Shown here in pieces: positions 12,500 to 26,101 of a stretch of DNA of 64,000 bases. Origin of the DNA: the human T2T-CHM13v2.0 reference genome, Homo sapiens; the NCBI RefSeq assembly GCF_009914755.1, contig NC_060938.1; one strand, given 5' to 3'. The position numbers and the translations under genes were made by a program. Numbering within the stretch: position 1 is the stretch's first letter; each line of letters opens with the position of its first letter. The notes under the pieces are model-generated. The model was not told the DNA's origin, made no database searches, and worked only from the letters and a program-made list of their open reading frames with translations.

Positions 12500-13080
12500 T
12501 GTTGAGAAAAGGGCTTGTAGGGTGGTGCCTGCATAAACTGGCCATAAAAATATGGGACAATAAGTTGTTGAAAGCCACAAGAGGCCTCTGAGGAGGAAAG
12601 CCTCCTAAATGCCATCATGTTCCCAGGCTCAGAGCGAGATCTGCTCTCTTATCTGTAAACACTGTGTTCAAAGGAGAAAGACTCTGCTTTGAAGCATTGA
12701 AATGTGGCCAGATATGCTGGCTCCTAGTGAGGCCCACTCCCCCCAGCTGCTCTCCGATAAATTAAAGAATAAATCAGTAGTTAATTTTATGCTGCTTCAG
12801 CACAAAGAAAATTTACCTAAACTGCCATTGCTATAGATTAGGTGTATGACACACCGCCCCCCTTTCACCGTTTCACCCCTGAACATCTGCTTCTTAGAGC
12901 TAAGTGATTGTACTCAACAAATAGTGTGGAGACCAGAGCTTGGCGCCTTTGCAGCCTCCATTTTACACTTGGCCCCCTGGCACTCCACTCTTTATGCACT
13001 CTTAACCTGTCTATTCTCATTCGTTTGTCGCCACCGGACTTCGGGTACCCTACGGGTGGTGCTGAGGCTGGTCCCCAACA
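12500..13080 (+). mobile_element. HERV-K(HML-1) solo LTR, LTR14B/LTR14C-like (581 bp)
   Basis: TGTTG...CCCCAACA termini; 6-bp TSD ttggtc at 12494-12499 and 13081-13086; R/U5 similar to the LTR14A copy at 42611. Confidence 0.88.
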
Positions 13081-14148
13081 TTGGTCTAATGGCTGAGTAT
13101 ATTGTGTGAGCACCATTTATTCATGTCTGAAACCCTATAATTTGACTAGCCCCATATTTACCCATTTTTAGTGATAATTTGAAAAAACATTGATGATTGA
13201 GAGAAGGAACAATAGCTATGTTGCTCATCATTGGACATTTAGAGCCTAGAATGGTGCCTGCCACAAAGCAGGGCTCAAAAATATCAGTTGAAGAAAAATA
13301 AATGTGTTAAACGAATGAAAGTAAGTTAAGCAAATGCTTATCATCAGAGTGAAGAGGCAGTGGGGGCCAATATAATTTATTTACAAAGTAGGCAAAGGGA
13401 GTTAGGAGGAAGCAGCCTGGTACGGAGGAAAGTGCATTGAAGCAGGCATCAGGAGACTTAGCTCATGACTGGAGAAGTTCTTAAAACCATGACTCTAGGC
13501 AGACCTTCATTTCTAGCTGTAGAATTTTGGCCAGGGTCCTTTGTGGAGCTATGTTTTTTTATTAATTATCTGAAATATGGGGATGATTTCCAACTTCAAG
13601 GGTAGGTTAAGATAATATAAGTCAAGGGCTTAAATGGGTGCGGCTCAAAGATTATTATTGCTGCTGTCTTAAATGGGATTATAATCTGGTCTCAGCTGAT
13701 AAACCAGTATTGCAACTATATTTTCTTTTTTATTCTGTTGCTAGTTTGTGGTCTCTGATATGGCAATTAGCTTCCTTGGGCCTATGCTCTTTCCTCAGAA
13801 AAGAAAGTTTTATTTTAACATTATCTAGCATAGTGTCTTGGGCACACACACACAGGGACAGTTAAATGTAGGAAACAATGAATTAGAAGAAGTAAAAGAA
13901 AGGAGAAGAAGTAAAAGAAAGGAAAAATTGAGAAGGAGAGAAAGACAGCAGAGATGCTCTGTAATTATTGCTATAAGAATTACGTGCCCATTTCATGGAT
14001 TTGTATGGCTTAGGTTGAGAGAGATGAATAAAATATCTTTGATATAATTAAAATCATAATATAAATAATATTTTTTCTATATCTCCCCTCTTTGCTGAAA
14101 GCTGTTGGGTGAGACATCACAATGACCACTTCTATGTAAAAGGTAGAT

Positions 14149-14479
14149 TATAGATGGCCCTCTGCATATGTGGGATTGCATCTGCATTCAACCAACTGTG
14201 AATCAAAAATATTTTTAAAAAATTGTGTCTGTACTGAACATGTACAGACTTTTTTCTTACTATTATTCCCTAAACAATACAGTATAACAACTATTTACCT
14301 AGCACTTACATTGTACTAGACATTGTAAGTAACCTAGAGATGATTTAAAATGCACAGGAAGATGTGTATAGGTTACATGCAAATACTATGCCATTTTATA
14401 TTGAGGACTTGAGGATTTTGCCATCCATGGGAGGTCCTGGAACCAATCAATCCCCCACAGATGCTGAGGAATGACTGTA
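14149..14479. mobile_element. MER2/Tigger-family non-autonomous DNA transposon
   Basis: 'tacagtataacaactatttac...gatgatttaaa...ggtcctggaaccaatc...gactgta' with TA ends. Confidence 0.85.
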
Positions 14480-15024
14480 CTTGATAAATGTCTCTTGAAT
14501 CATCCAAAAAAAAGAAAAAGCCAATGGTTTCAATTTAAACTGAGGTAAGAATTGTTTTTTTTTTTTTCTGAAAATATATGATGTTCTATTTATATATAAT
14601 AGGAAAACGACTTCAAGCAGCAATCGTCACTTGCCAGGCATCAAGGCGGATATTTCCATTATGTCTATGACAAGGTGGTGGGAGGGGTGGGATGTGGTTT
14701 CATACCTTTCTGGTGCATGTTTGAATGATTGTAAAAATTAGAAACACACTGAGGCTGTTATGACAGCCTTGCCTTTTGAAACCTTCTAATTAATGCCTTG
14801 GGTTGTCTAGAGAGCTTGTTCTGTTAGCTAAATGGTGATTTGTAAGGTTCTCCTTGATTTCCTCATCATTCATGGATGAAATAATTGGGGAAATAAAATG
14901 ATTGGGGAAATAAATGCACACCACGTCTGTGGTGGCTAGCAGTCACTGAGAGAATTACTTGATGGGAATTTGATTGACTTGTGTGTATAATGCAACCTCT
15001 TATATCTCTGGCCCCATCTTATTA

Positions 15025-15057
<33 letters not shown>

Positions 15058-15058
15058 C
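15025..15058. repeat. (TG)n(GA)n compound microsatellite
   Basis: Read directly. Confidence 0.95.
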
Positions 15059-15101
15059 AGGGAGAGAGGGAGGATGCTCGTGTTTGCTTGCACTATGGAG
15101 A

Positions 15102-15263
15102 ACAGTGCTTCTTAAACTTTAATGTGTGTATACAGATCACCTGGGTAATCTTATTAAGCACAGATTTTAATGCACGTCCGGGGTGGTATCTCAGATCGTG
15201 CACTTCTAACAAGCTCCCAGATGATCTCATGCTGCAGATATGTGTACCTCACTATAGAGTATA
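15102..15263. mobile_element. MER5A (hAT-Charlie) element
   Basis: 'cagtgcttcttaaacttt...atcacctggg...ttctaacaagctcccagatgat'. Confidence 0.8.
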
Positions 15264-17539
15264 GAGCAAGGCTCTAGGAAATATTTACGGTTCCTTGCTG
15301 AGTAATCATGGTATCTGTTTACCTATCTCTTCCAAATGGTCTTCCCAAACTTAGCTCAGTTCTCTTCAAGACAGGAAATTTTGTTAACCCAAAGTATTAA
15401 TGTAAGTGAAAGGGTGGATACCCCAACTAAGGATTAGAAGAGAAAACTGTATCCCATCAGACAATGCTGCTCCGGGTTTCAGATGCCCCTTCTTCCTGTC
15501 CCTTACTTTACTGCATACCCCCAAGGCAGATGGAAAAAAACATAGGTAAAATTTAACTTGTCATAATATTTATCCCCCTTTCTGAGAGGTGACCTCCAAT
15601 GGAAGCAGAAGGATGTGAATGATTTTAATCCACGGTAACAATGGGGAGCCAGTCCTGACCATCTTAAGCAGTATAAATGTATAAAATGACAGATTTTTCT
15701 GCTCTGCCTCTCCACTTTCTCCTCCCGGATACTGAGAGAGACACATATTCATGCACCCACAACTCACACTATAATGCACAATGAAATTTCACCCAGCCTT
15801 TATCTCGGGGCTGCTGTTCTCATGATTAATGCCCTACTGGCTGGGAAGCTATTCCACTGAAGACAGACAAGGAGAGAGGAAGATGCATGAAATATATCTC
15901 TGAGGCCATTTCTCATTATTATTATTATCATTATTAGTTCCTTACTACCCTATCTATCTATCCTGTTAGAGGATGCTTGATCTATTGGCAAGGGGGAGGG
16001 GATGACATTTGAAAGCAGGTTTTATGAGGGAGAAATGAACAAGGACAAAGAGAGAAATAGACAGTTTTTATGAAAGAGAATTAACCTGGATGGGGTTTTT
16101 GTTATGATTGTTGTCCTTTATTTGGGGGTTTGTTTGTTTTATTGTTGCTGTTGTTTTCCATTTAAAGTCAAAAATAATAGATGCCTCCATCTGCGGCTTC
16201 TGATTTTTTTCCCTAGGGATTTATTTTTGCATGTGTTCTTTTGTCTTTATTGAGTCTCTGTCTGCTAGAATCAATATGATATAACTTATGCAAATTATAT
16301 CCCTGACCACTTATGCAAAAAACAGAATAATTTCGTTGCTCTGTAACACTCTTAATATAATTACCTCCATATCCTGGTTGATTTCAAGCTTTTGAAAGGG
16401 CTACTTTAAAAAAAAATAATAAAAATCTATTTATGTGTTGTATAAACCACAGTGTCTGATTCTCTCCTGTTTCTCATTCAAAGAAAGCGTGACTGCTAAA
16501 TGATTTCTGGCTCTGTCATTTAAGAAGACTGCACAGCAGTGGTCTTAGTTGGGAAGTTGGGACCACAATAAGAGTGCTATTGTAACACGTGTCTACTGAT
16601 AAAATGGCAAATTCATTAGCCTAGACAAGGAGTACTATGATCTGATTTCAAAAATGCTGTATACTTCCACAGTCCAGTTTATGAGGGCATGAGATATATA
16701 ACTGAGGTGCCCCCATGTTACTTCAATTTTAGTTTGACTTTGAATTTCATTAAAAAATATTTGAGTTATTTGAGTGCCTAGTATGGGCTAAGTACTGTCC
16801 TGGGCACTTGAACAACATCAGTAAACAGACAAAAACCCTCTTTTCTTATGGAGAACATTTTCTATTCCACAAACATTGGGTGTCTCATAAGTGCAAGACT
16901 TTGGAGAAATAAAGAATGAAATAGAAATTTTTCTGCTTTAGAGGAACACACAGTCTGGTACTGTTCTTAAATATTTTCAGACTACAAGCGGACTCACTTG
17001 CAGCCCAGTTTTTTACAAAAACTTTAGCATGCTGATTGGCTAGTACAGTTGCAAAGGCAGCAGCCATCTATATTTACAGAGGTCTATTCCAAGAATAGGG
17101 TCTTTAATTTCTATTCAAAAAAGACCAAATTTCAAATGTAAACAATATATGTTTTGACTAAAAAAGACAGAAACCGTAAAGCAAGTTACAATAAAGTGAT
17201 TGAAACATATTTCGGTCCTGGAGACTAAATTTGCAATGTTTATGGCAAATATCTTCTTGTGTTGGTTTGAGATTATAGTTTTATGGAATGTTTATATTGG
17301 AAGAATCTCAGAGATTGAGCCCCACACAACCAGATGAGCTTCAGAGATGGGCCATTCTGGTTTCAAGTACTAGTTTCATTGCTCAAAGCTCTACGTCCAG
17401 GGGCAAATTGCTCAACCACTTTATAAAAAATGTAAACAACAGGTAATTTCACATTTTAATTTATTTTTATCTAAACAATATATTCACATAGTTTATTTTT
17501 AGTGTATATATGCATATATATTTATTTCTTATTTATTTC

Positions 17540-17668
17540 TTATTTATATATTTATTTATAGAGATGAGGTCTTACTTTATTTCCCAGGTTGGTCTCAAAC
17601 TCCTGGGCTCAAGTGATCCTCCTGCGTTGGAGTGCTGGGATTAGAGGTGTGAGCCACTGTGGTTGGCC
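17540..17668 (-). mobile_element. FLAM / Alu left monomer
   Basis: 'ggtctcaaactcctgggctcaagtgatcctcc...gagccactgtggttggcc' preceded by a T-rich tail. Confidence 0.85.
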
Positions 17669-17702
17669 TAAGTAATACAGCCACACAATTTAAAACCTTG
17701 AA

Positions 17703-18126
17703 CTGTGCCTAGATATCCCCTTTGGGGAAAAGGCATCACTTTAGTTGCTAGAGTGCTGGCTGATGGCTGTTGGCTAAATCCTTCACGAAGAACTGCCTTT
17801 GACTATTGAAGCCACCTTGCCCAACCAAGGTCAAGCCCCTTCCTGAAGGGTGGCCCATATCCAATTAATGATGGTGAAGGGTGGCCCATATCCAATTAAT
17901 GATGGATGATGGAGCTGGGGGGATCTATCAAGACTCAGCCCATTGTCTCAAGACTGGATAACTGGGAAGGGCCTTTTAGCTAGAGAGTTTCCTAAGGCCA
18001 GCTGAGGTCTCTATTGCATGAATGTTCACCTCCCCCTTCTGCCCAGACTCTGATGTCACTCTCCCCAAACTTCCCAAACACGATACCGGGCCTCAGACTT
18101 TGTTTTCTGAAAACGCAGCTGAAGAT
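17703..18126 (+). mobile_element. LTR16-like (ERVL) solo LTR with an internal 31-bp tandem duplication (17844-17905)
   Basis: 'gccaccttgccc...aaggtcaagccccttcct...cccatatccaat' resembles LTR16; duplication read directly. Confidence 0.65.
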
Positions 18127-19553
18127 AGATAGATAGCATCGTGAGACTTAAAATAAGAAAACAACAATAACAAAAGAAAAACAGTAGTATCTTTCTAACC
18201 TTGCCCTAAAGTCCTGCTCTATACTGGTAACCCTTTTATATCCTTTTCAGACATTTCCCTTCATAGTTCTAGCAATATGCTTGCATTTCTATTTCTTGAC
18301 TTTTTCAGTTTGACATATTAACTAATGACTTCTGCTTCTGGAAGTAAAAGTTGAGCTTTCTCATGCTCTCCCTGCCCTACAACCCACACACACTTTTTTA
18401 CCTTCCAGTTTCCCAGTAAAATTCTATCGCATTTCGATTAAATAAATGTTCAGAGTTTGTTATTATGACTTTGTAATATCGCCTATTGAAAACAATGTAA
18501 GATCATACATGAACTGACTTGTTCCGCAACTATTCACCAGCTGCATAGAATGTGCCAGACACTGTTCTAGAGACTGAGGATACAGCAGTGAAAAACAACA
18601 GACTATATTTCTACCTCTGACAAAACATTATACTGTTATGACAATTTCTGTTTTCCTGTAACTCTTTGTTTGTTAATGAATACCCTCGTTATCTCGTTAG
18701 CTTATTTTTCTAGCCACCCATCAGTGCCACAGCCAACAGCTACAAAAGACCTCACAAGATAAACCGACAGGACTCCATTATTTCTTTTTCTGTCTTGGAG
18801 GTCTCCCTTCTGGAGTCGTCTGACCTCCTGCTTTAGTCTGGGCTGGGCGCTCGCTGAGCCTGCCTCACAGCTATCATCCTGCGTCTTCCTTGCTCGTCAT
18901 GCTGGAAAATCCCTGGGCCCTGCTCCTGTATTAAATCCTAGTTTCAGCTCTATTTATTTCCTCATTTTCAAGGTGCACATTGTCCTGTAGCCTCCTGAGA
19001 AAGGATAGCTAAAAAGTAAAATCATTGAGACATTGCTCATCTGAAGAATGTTTTATTCCATTCTCACCCTTGACGATAATTTGCCTGGGAAGGACTTGTA
19101 TCTTGGAAATTATCTTCACTAATAAATTTAAAAGCATCCGTCCAATGTTTTTGGGCATCCAATGTTGCAGCTGTTGACATCACAGTTTGGTGTCTAATTC
19201 CTTGACTGCACTGATTTTTACTTTTTTTTTTTTTTTTTTTTTTTTAACCCTCTCTCTGAAATATCCTTATCAGTGGACCTCAAAGTAGCACTTACAACTC
19301 AGGTCTCTTGAACCACATGCTGCTGCCCTCTATAGTTCTTGCTTTTGTAAAGTTGTGGTTATTTGCCGATTAGCTGCCCTGTGTTGGCATCCTGACTTTG
19401 GTATGATTTGATGAGCTAAGCTATTACTAAACTATAACACACACACATACACACAAAAAATGAATAGCTATAATTAATTAGCATAAAGTTTTGAGGGTAA
19501 CCAACTTTAGTAGAGATCTGAGATATATATAATGTATATATATATATATATAT

Positions 19554-19763
19554 TTGAACATTTTGCCTTGGGTTAGAGAGGGAATTGGTGGTACAGTAAT
19601 TCTTACTGGAATTGTGTAGTGATAGCTAGTTTATATATACATATATATATACATACATATACATATACATATGTATGTATATATAAACTAGCTATCACTA
19701 CACAATTCCACTAAGAATTACTGTACCACCAATTCCCTCTCTAACCCAAGGCAAAATGTTCAA
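19554..19763. repeat. Long inverted repeat: 90-bp arms (89/90 complementary) with a 30-nt TA/CA spacer
   Basis: 19554-19643 is the reverse complement of 19674-19763 except C19606/C19711. Confidence 0.97.
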
Positions 19764-20997
19764 CTCTTTTTTGTATTCCCTTAAGAGCCCTTATTTTTTT
19801 TTTCAGTTTCACCAATCATGTTCATTTCTTAGCCACCTCAGAAAGAATGAGAATTAAATAATATGTATAAACCCTTTGAATTTTTTACATCCAGAAATGA
19901 GCATAAGCTCATTCCTCTGCTTCACACCAGATGCTTATATTTTTGAGAGGAGCAAGGATTAGAATTGTCACTCTGGAATTTTTATGCTACAAAATGTCAA
20001 TCAATATGTTTGCATGTCACTGGGTTCCATCCTACAGTGTTTGGTGATAAAGTCTTTTCATTTGGCTCCCAGCTTTATCACCATAATATATTTATTTACT
20101 TTACCTTACATGTGCTAGTTGGTAGAAGCTGTAGAAAAAGAATTACTCCCACATATTTCTTTCCCCTAAAGAGAAACAATATATTGTAAGAACACAGATG
20201 GGGCTCCACACAAAAAGAATGCCGAATTAATGTTGGATGGATGTACATATACAAGAACTTGCTATCAGTACACAATTCCAATAGGAATTATATATACACA
20301 CACTGAAAATAGAATTTGATTAAATAATTACACTAGGTACAAGCTACATTTTACTTCCATTGAAGGAGAGCTAAGTGGAAACTAGTGTGAGACAATCATG
20401 AATAGAAAAGTGCAGAAGGAATTTGATGAGGATGTTCCCAGGGCTATTTCTAGCCAGAAAACGAAGCTGGAGGCTTTGAAGTAAATCAAAATATTTGAAG
20501 AAGTAAGAGGATAAATAGCAAAACTCACTTCCAACATCATACTAAAAGCACCATGCAACCATATAGAAAACATGCATAATTTATTTTGACTCAAATAACT
20601 ATAGGGAGATTCTTGTTTTTTTTAATTAGGAGATTTGAGGTAACTGTCTAGACTACCTATTTTTATGTTGCATTCAGCAATATGTCTGCTAATAATTAGA
20701 GGGAAATAAATTACATAAAACAATGCCAGTCATGTCATTGATAAAAAGGAAATTAAAGTGTGATTGTGTTTCTCTTTCTCTCTCTCCCTCATTTTCAGTG
20801 AGCTACATCCTCTTGTTGTCCTCCTCACCTGATTAGGCATTTTTGTAAGGGAGTTTGCCTCCGTCCTCTGTTGTAAACATTTTCCTTACCTCAGCATCCT
20901 TTTTAAATTCAAAAGACACTTTCCTTTGCAATGCACTATGAAAGGCGATTGTGTTAGAGAATATCAGAGATGGCTTTGTCATGTCTGGTGCTCTTAA

Positions 20998-21308
<311 letters not shown>

Positions 21309-23944
21309 TCTTAAATCCTGTTGTGTCCTAAAGAGTCCACTAAACGAGGTTGAGGGTATGATTTGACAATTGAACAAGGCCTCAGCCAGCTCTCCTAGAC
21401 TGCCCCAAAACTCCCTGAGCAGAGAGACCCAGGTGGTGATGGAAGTATTTTTCCTCTAAAAGACTATGGAGATTCTGGCAAACCTATATTTTGGGTTTAG
21501 CTTTCAAGGAAGAGGTGGCATTTGAAAAGCCAGGGGCCTTTGTAGCCATTTTATTCACTACCTAATGTGAAGGTGGTGGCAGGGAATGGAAAAGGGAAGA
21601 TTATTTAGTCGATAAACACTTAATGGCCACTGCCTGCTGTGTGGACAGATCTGGATAGAGTTAAAAAGATAATAAAGCAAGTGTAGGATGCCTGTCTTCA
21701 TGGTACTTATATCATGGGAAGAAGGCATGAACAAACCAATTTTACACATAATTATTCAATCACAATCATGACACAGTGTGATAAAGGAGGACAGGCTTCT
21801 AAGACAGCAGAAAAGGACCTGAGGTAGTGTTGTCATCTGGGGAAGCTTTCTTGTAGAAGCAGTATAGAAGCTGTCCTGTGCAGGATGAGATATTAGATTG
21901 CAAAAGAGGACAAGGGCCAGTGTTCCCGCCAAAGGAAATAGCCTATGCTGAGGCCCTGCTGTAGGGATCATACTGTATCGCGTTCCTCTGGCTTTGGACT
22001 ACGCATTGATGCTAAAGTCTGGAAGCATACCATATTCGACCAAGTAAAGTGACCAGTTAAGGTCCCCACTTAATGGGCTAAAGATAGGTCATTCCAAGAG
22101 TGAGCCTCCCATTATTATGACTCATGACAAAGGGGTGTGGGACTGGTTGGAAAAGAGTTTCCAAAGCTGGACTGCATCGCATGGTCATGTGGAATGGGCT
22201 GCCTGCTCTCCCAGTCTGAACCCTACCTCTGTGCTATGCCAAAGGTGCAGATCCCCTTAGTGAAAATTGGAGACATGAATCATTTAAGGCAATGCCTCAC
22301 AGACCCATGTGCAAGGTTCCATGGAATGTGTTAATATATCACACTCATCTCAATTTTGCACGGTACATGAAACTATGCTTGCTGATGAGGGACCATACAC
22401 ATTGAACAGATCATATAATGGTTATGGATGTAATGTCAATAATGTCATGGAACCTATCATATGTTGTAATATCAAGAAACCTTTTAGCATGTACATTTGT
22501 CTAGGTTTCTGGACTTTACAGCCTTCTGGTATTTCACTTGCTTGTGTCTTTCATTGAACACTAATAACCAGAAATCAGCAACGTGAAAATTTGATTCTTC
22601 TTCCTATTTTTCTCATGCCTTACTTTGGTCTTTCTTTCTGCTTGGTGGAAACTGTGGAGTTCAGTGGAAGTTTTCCTGCGGTCTAATTAGCCCCTCTGTT
22701 TAATTTTGTAATAAAAACGCTGAACCAGAAGCTGGAGATAATGTGCCCAATTCAATTCACAGATGTCAATTTCTTTTTAATTGTAATCCTTTTCTTGAGT
22801 TCTTCCCACTCTTACTTCCCTGGCACAGCTGAGGCTTGGGTGATTACAAAACTTTCATGCCTACGCTGGAGATTATGCCTCCTGCTTTAGGATTAAATTC
22901 ATTCGTTATCATTGTTGTAATTATTAGTAGTAACAATGGGCATTTCCACCCAAACCTGATGAATAGTAGTTTTCACAGTCTTTGCCTCCAAACTTAGCTT
23001 ATTTCAGTTCTTTGCCCAGATAAGTTCTTCACTCTTTAATGGCAGGGAGCATTCCGTTTTCTGTTGCATTTAAATGCTATTTTGAGATCATTCAGAAGAC
23101 AAGGCTCTTTTTCCTTTTTAGCAGGTTCTCCTGGGTGTGGAGAGATGGCTTCTTTCCCCAGAGTAGGAGTCACCACTTAGTGAATGCTAATGGGGTCTTT
23201 TCTTCGTGATGCGACTGCTGCTTTGAAGATGCATTTGAACTGGCAAGGGGCACCTCTTAGCTGCAATCTCTTCCTTAGAAGGGTGCCAGCTCCAGGCCCT
23301 AAAAAGCACACATAGCTTTGACTTCCATGCTGACTCCAAAAGAACCTTTTCTCTGCCTTTTTGATGGAGTAGTCCCTACCACTAACAGAACAGCAGTGTG
23401 GCCCAACCAACTTGAAAATGGAACTGGCTCCTCAGCAACATGCTAATTCTTTCAAACTTCCTTGTCAGACTCAAACCTCGATGTGTCTTTTGTTCTTAAA
23501 CTGCATTTGTAGTAAGATCTTCAGGAAAAGCAATCAGTGAGAGACTGGGTCAGGCTTTTATTTAATTACTTTGCACTTTTTTTCCCCCTCTGAACCTTCT
23601 CCAAATCAAAAGAAAGCAATGCAGTTTAATTCTGAATATATGAAATGTTTGCACTTTAAATTATAAATGTCTCTCAACGATAACACCTTCTGAAAATAAT
23701 GCTCCGTGGGCTCTTTAGAAGAATATTTAGGACAGTTCATCTCAGGTTTAAGGTGCCCAAGCTACTATAGTGCCCTTTCTTATCTTGGTTTTATGTTTTT
23801 CCACTATGGCTTACTGATATAATTTCCTAATCCTTCTTATCTCAAATGTCTCTTAGACCGTTAAACCTTTGCCTATAAAATGAAGGGGTTTGACTTTGAA
23901 TCTAAAGGAGTGGACCATCCCTCAAGCACCCTAGTCTCTCAGCG

Positions 23945-24660
23945 CATTCATTCCACAAACATTTTTTTGGGAGAGCAGGGTGATTCCTGCTATGGACCCA
24001 TCACCCTTGTAGACTCTGAGGCTGCAATGAAAATACAATAAAATCAGTAATTCTAGTTCTTATGGAACATACATTCTGGGAGTGGGGGCAGAGACTACCG
24101 ATAAATAAATTAGCAAGAGAATATAATATGCAGGGACAAGTGCTATCAAGAAAATAAACCTGCGCAATGTCACACAGAATGCCTGATGGGTGGGTAGGTA
24201 GTTTAGGGGAAGTTACTCTAAGGAAGAAACATTTAACCTGAGATTGGAATGATAAAACATGTCAGGTCTGTGAAGTCTGGGGGAAGAACATTTACAGCAG
24301 AGGGAACGGTTAGTGTAAAGGCCTTTAGGCTGGAACATGTTGAGCAGTGTTTGAAAGATGATGAATATGGCTGTAGCAGAAGAAATCTGGTGTGAGGTAA
24401 GATCTGAGAAGTGGCAGGGACTGAAACAGACAGGGCCTGTTTGGCTGTGGAAAGCAGTTTAGGTTTTATAAAAGTGCAATGGCAAACTATTAGAACGTAC
24501 TAAGTAAAGGAGTGACATGATGTGACTTATGTTTTTTAAAGATTACTCTGCCATGTTGAGAAAATATTGTAAAGCAGCAAGAGAGGAGGCAGAGAGACCT
24601 AATACATGGCTATTGCTTTAATTCTGATGAAGTTTGATTGTGGTTTGAACTAGTATAGCA
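23945..24660 (-). mobile_element. L2 LINE fragment
   Basis: Begins 'cattcattccacaaacatt' (reverse L2 tail) with typical L2 text 'gagtgacatgat...ttttaaagattactctg'. Confidence 0.75.
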
Positions 24661-25302
24661 GCCAGGCCCCCACTACAGGCCCACCCAGCTTGATGGCCTC
24701 ACCCTGCATCTTGTCCTGTCTCTGAACTGCTAAATCTCAAAAACTTTAAAGCCCTAATATCTTGCTGATTAACCATAATTTCCAAATCTTATGCTTAAGT
24801 CCAGGCAGTTTTTAATTTTTTTTTATTTTTTGGCTTCAGCAAATTTTTCATTTGTCTATATCTATAAAGTACTTCTCATCATCAACCCAGATTCCTTTTT
24901 CTCTCTGTTGTGTTCATTCTAGATCATTCCAAATGGTCTCTGTTCCTTCTGCCTTCAACCTGGTCTTAGAAGACTTCTCTGTTTTTTATCTCTCCCCCAT
25001 TCCACCTCCAACTCTTGATCAGCACCTATTTCAAACTCTCAACTTGGTCTCCTTTTTCACTTTTTACACACTTGGATTTTAAATGTTACCTTCTTTTAGA
25101 AAACAATGCTGACCAGTCATGAGTTTCTTTGAATTCCTCCATGCTTATCCACATCAGTCCTTACTTTAGGGGAATCCCTTCGTCCCTTTGTTTGAAATCT
25201 TATGCTAATTATCTCTTCACTCGGGTCTCTTCCCAAGGTTTGGACATCATTTAGTGTTCTCATTTTCCACTGGTGCCATTAATATCATCCCGTCATCATA
25301 GA

Positions 25303-25490
25303 CATATATGTGTGTGTGTGTGTGTACATATATATGTATGTATGTGTATATGTATGTATGTGTATGTATACACGCGTGTGTATATATATGTATATATACA
25401 CATATATGTGTATTGTGTGTATGTGTATATATATGTGTGTGTATATATATGTGTGTATATATATGTGTGTATATATATATATATATATAC
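25303..25490. repeat. Complex (TG)/(TATG)/(TA) microsatellite
   Basis: Read directly; source of several spurious ORFs. Confidence 0.95.
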
Positions 25491-26101
25491 CTTTCCCATT
25501 TCAAAAACAAAATCAAAACAAAAAAGGCAATTATCTATGAACCTGATTTCTGTCCCTTCTATTAGCACTTACTGTCCCCAGATGAGGACACTCTTTCACT
25601 TCCCCATATGCTCAAATATCCTGAATTTTATACTCTCACTGATTTTACTTTCTAAACAAGGAATATATACGTATTGTAGAAAAAAATCACTGTGAAGTAA
25701 ATTCCACCCGTGATCCAACCCTCCAGAGAAAATCGTGCATAAAAGGTCCCGCAGATTCCCACCTGTCTTTCTTTCCTTCCTTATCTACCAATATTTTTTC
25801 ACATGCATGCAACATTCTAGTCATACCTTGTTATACTTTCAGACATGTTCTTTCTACTTGAGCACATACAACATACAACTTGAGCATGCTTGTTTATCTA
25901 TAAAATGAAGATAATATGATCATTTCTGTAGGAGTTTTGAGTCAAAAATAAATTTATGTATTTCAAATGCTTAGAATAGTGTCTGTTGCATAGTGACCTT
26001 TCAATAAAAATTATTATTATTATTGCTCTTTTGTCCACTTTATCTACCTGGAAAAGTAATAATCCCTCAAGACTAAGTTGAAATATAACATCCCTGGGGA
26101 G

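Noticed and set aside
25247-25695. Multiple ORFs rich in Y/I/V/C/H/T
   Set aside because: Translations of the TA/TG microsatellite; the same applies at 60437-60727.
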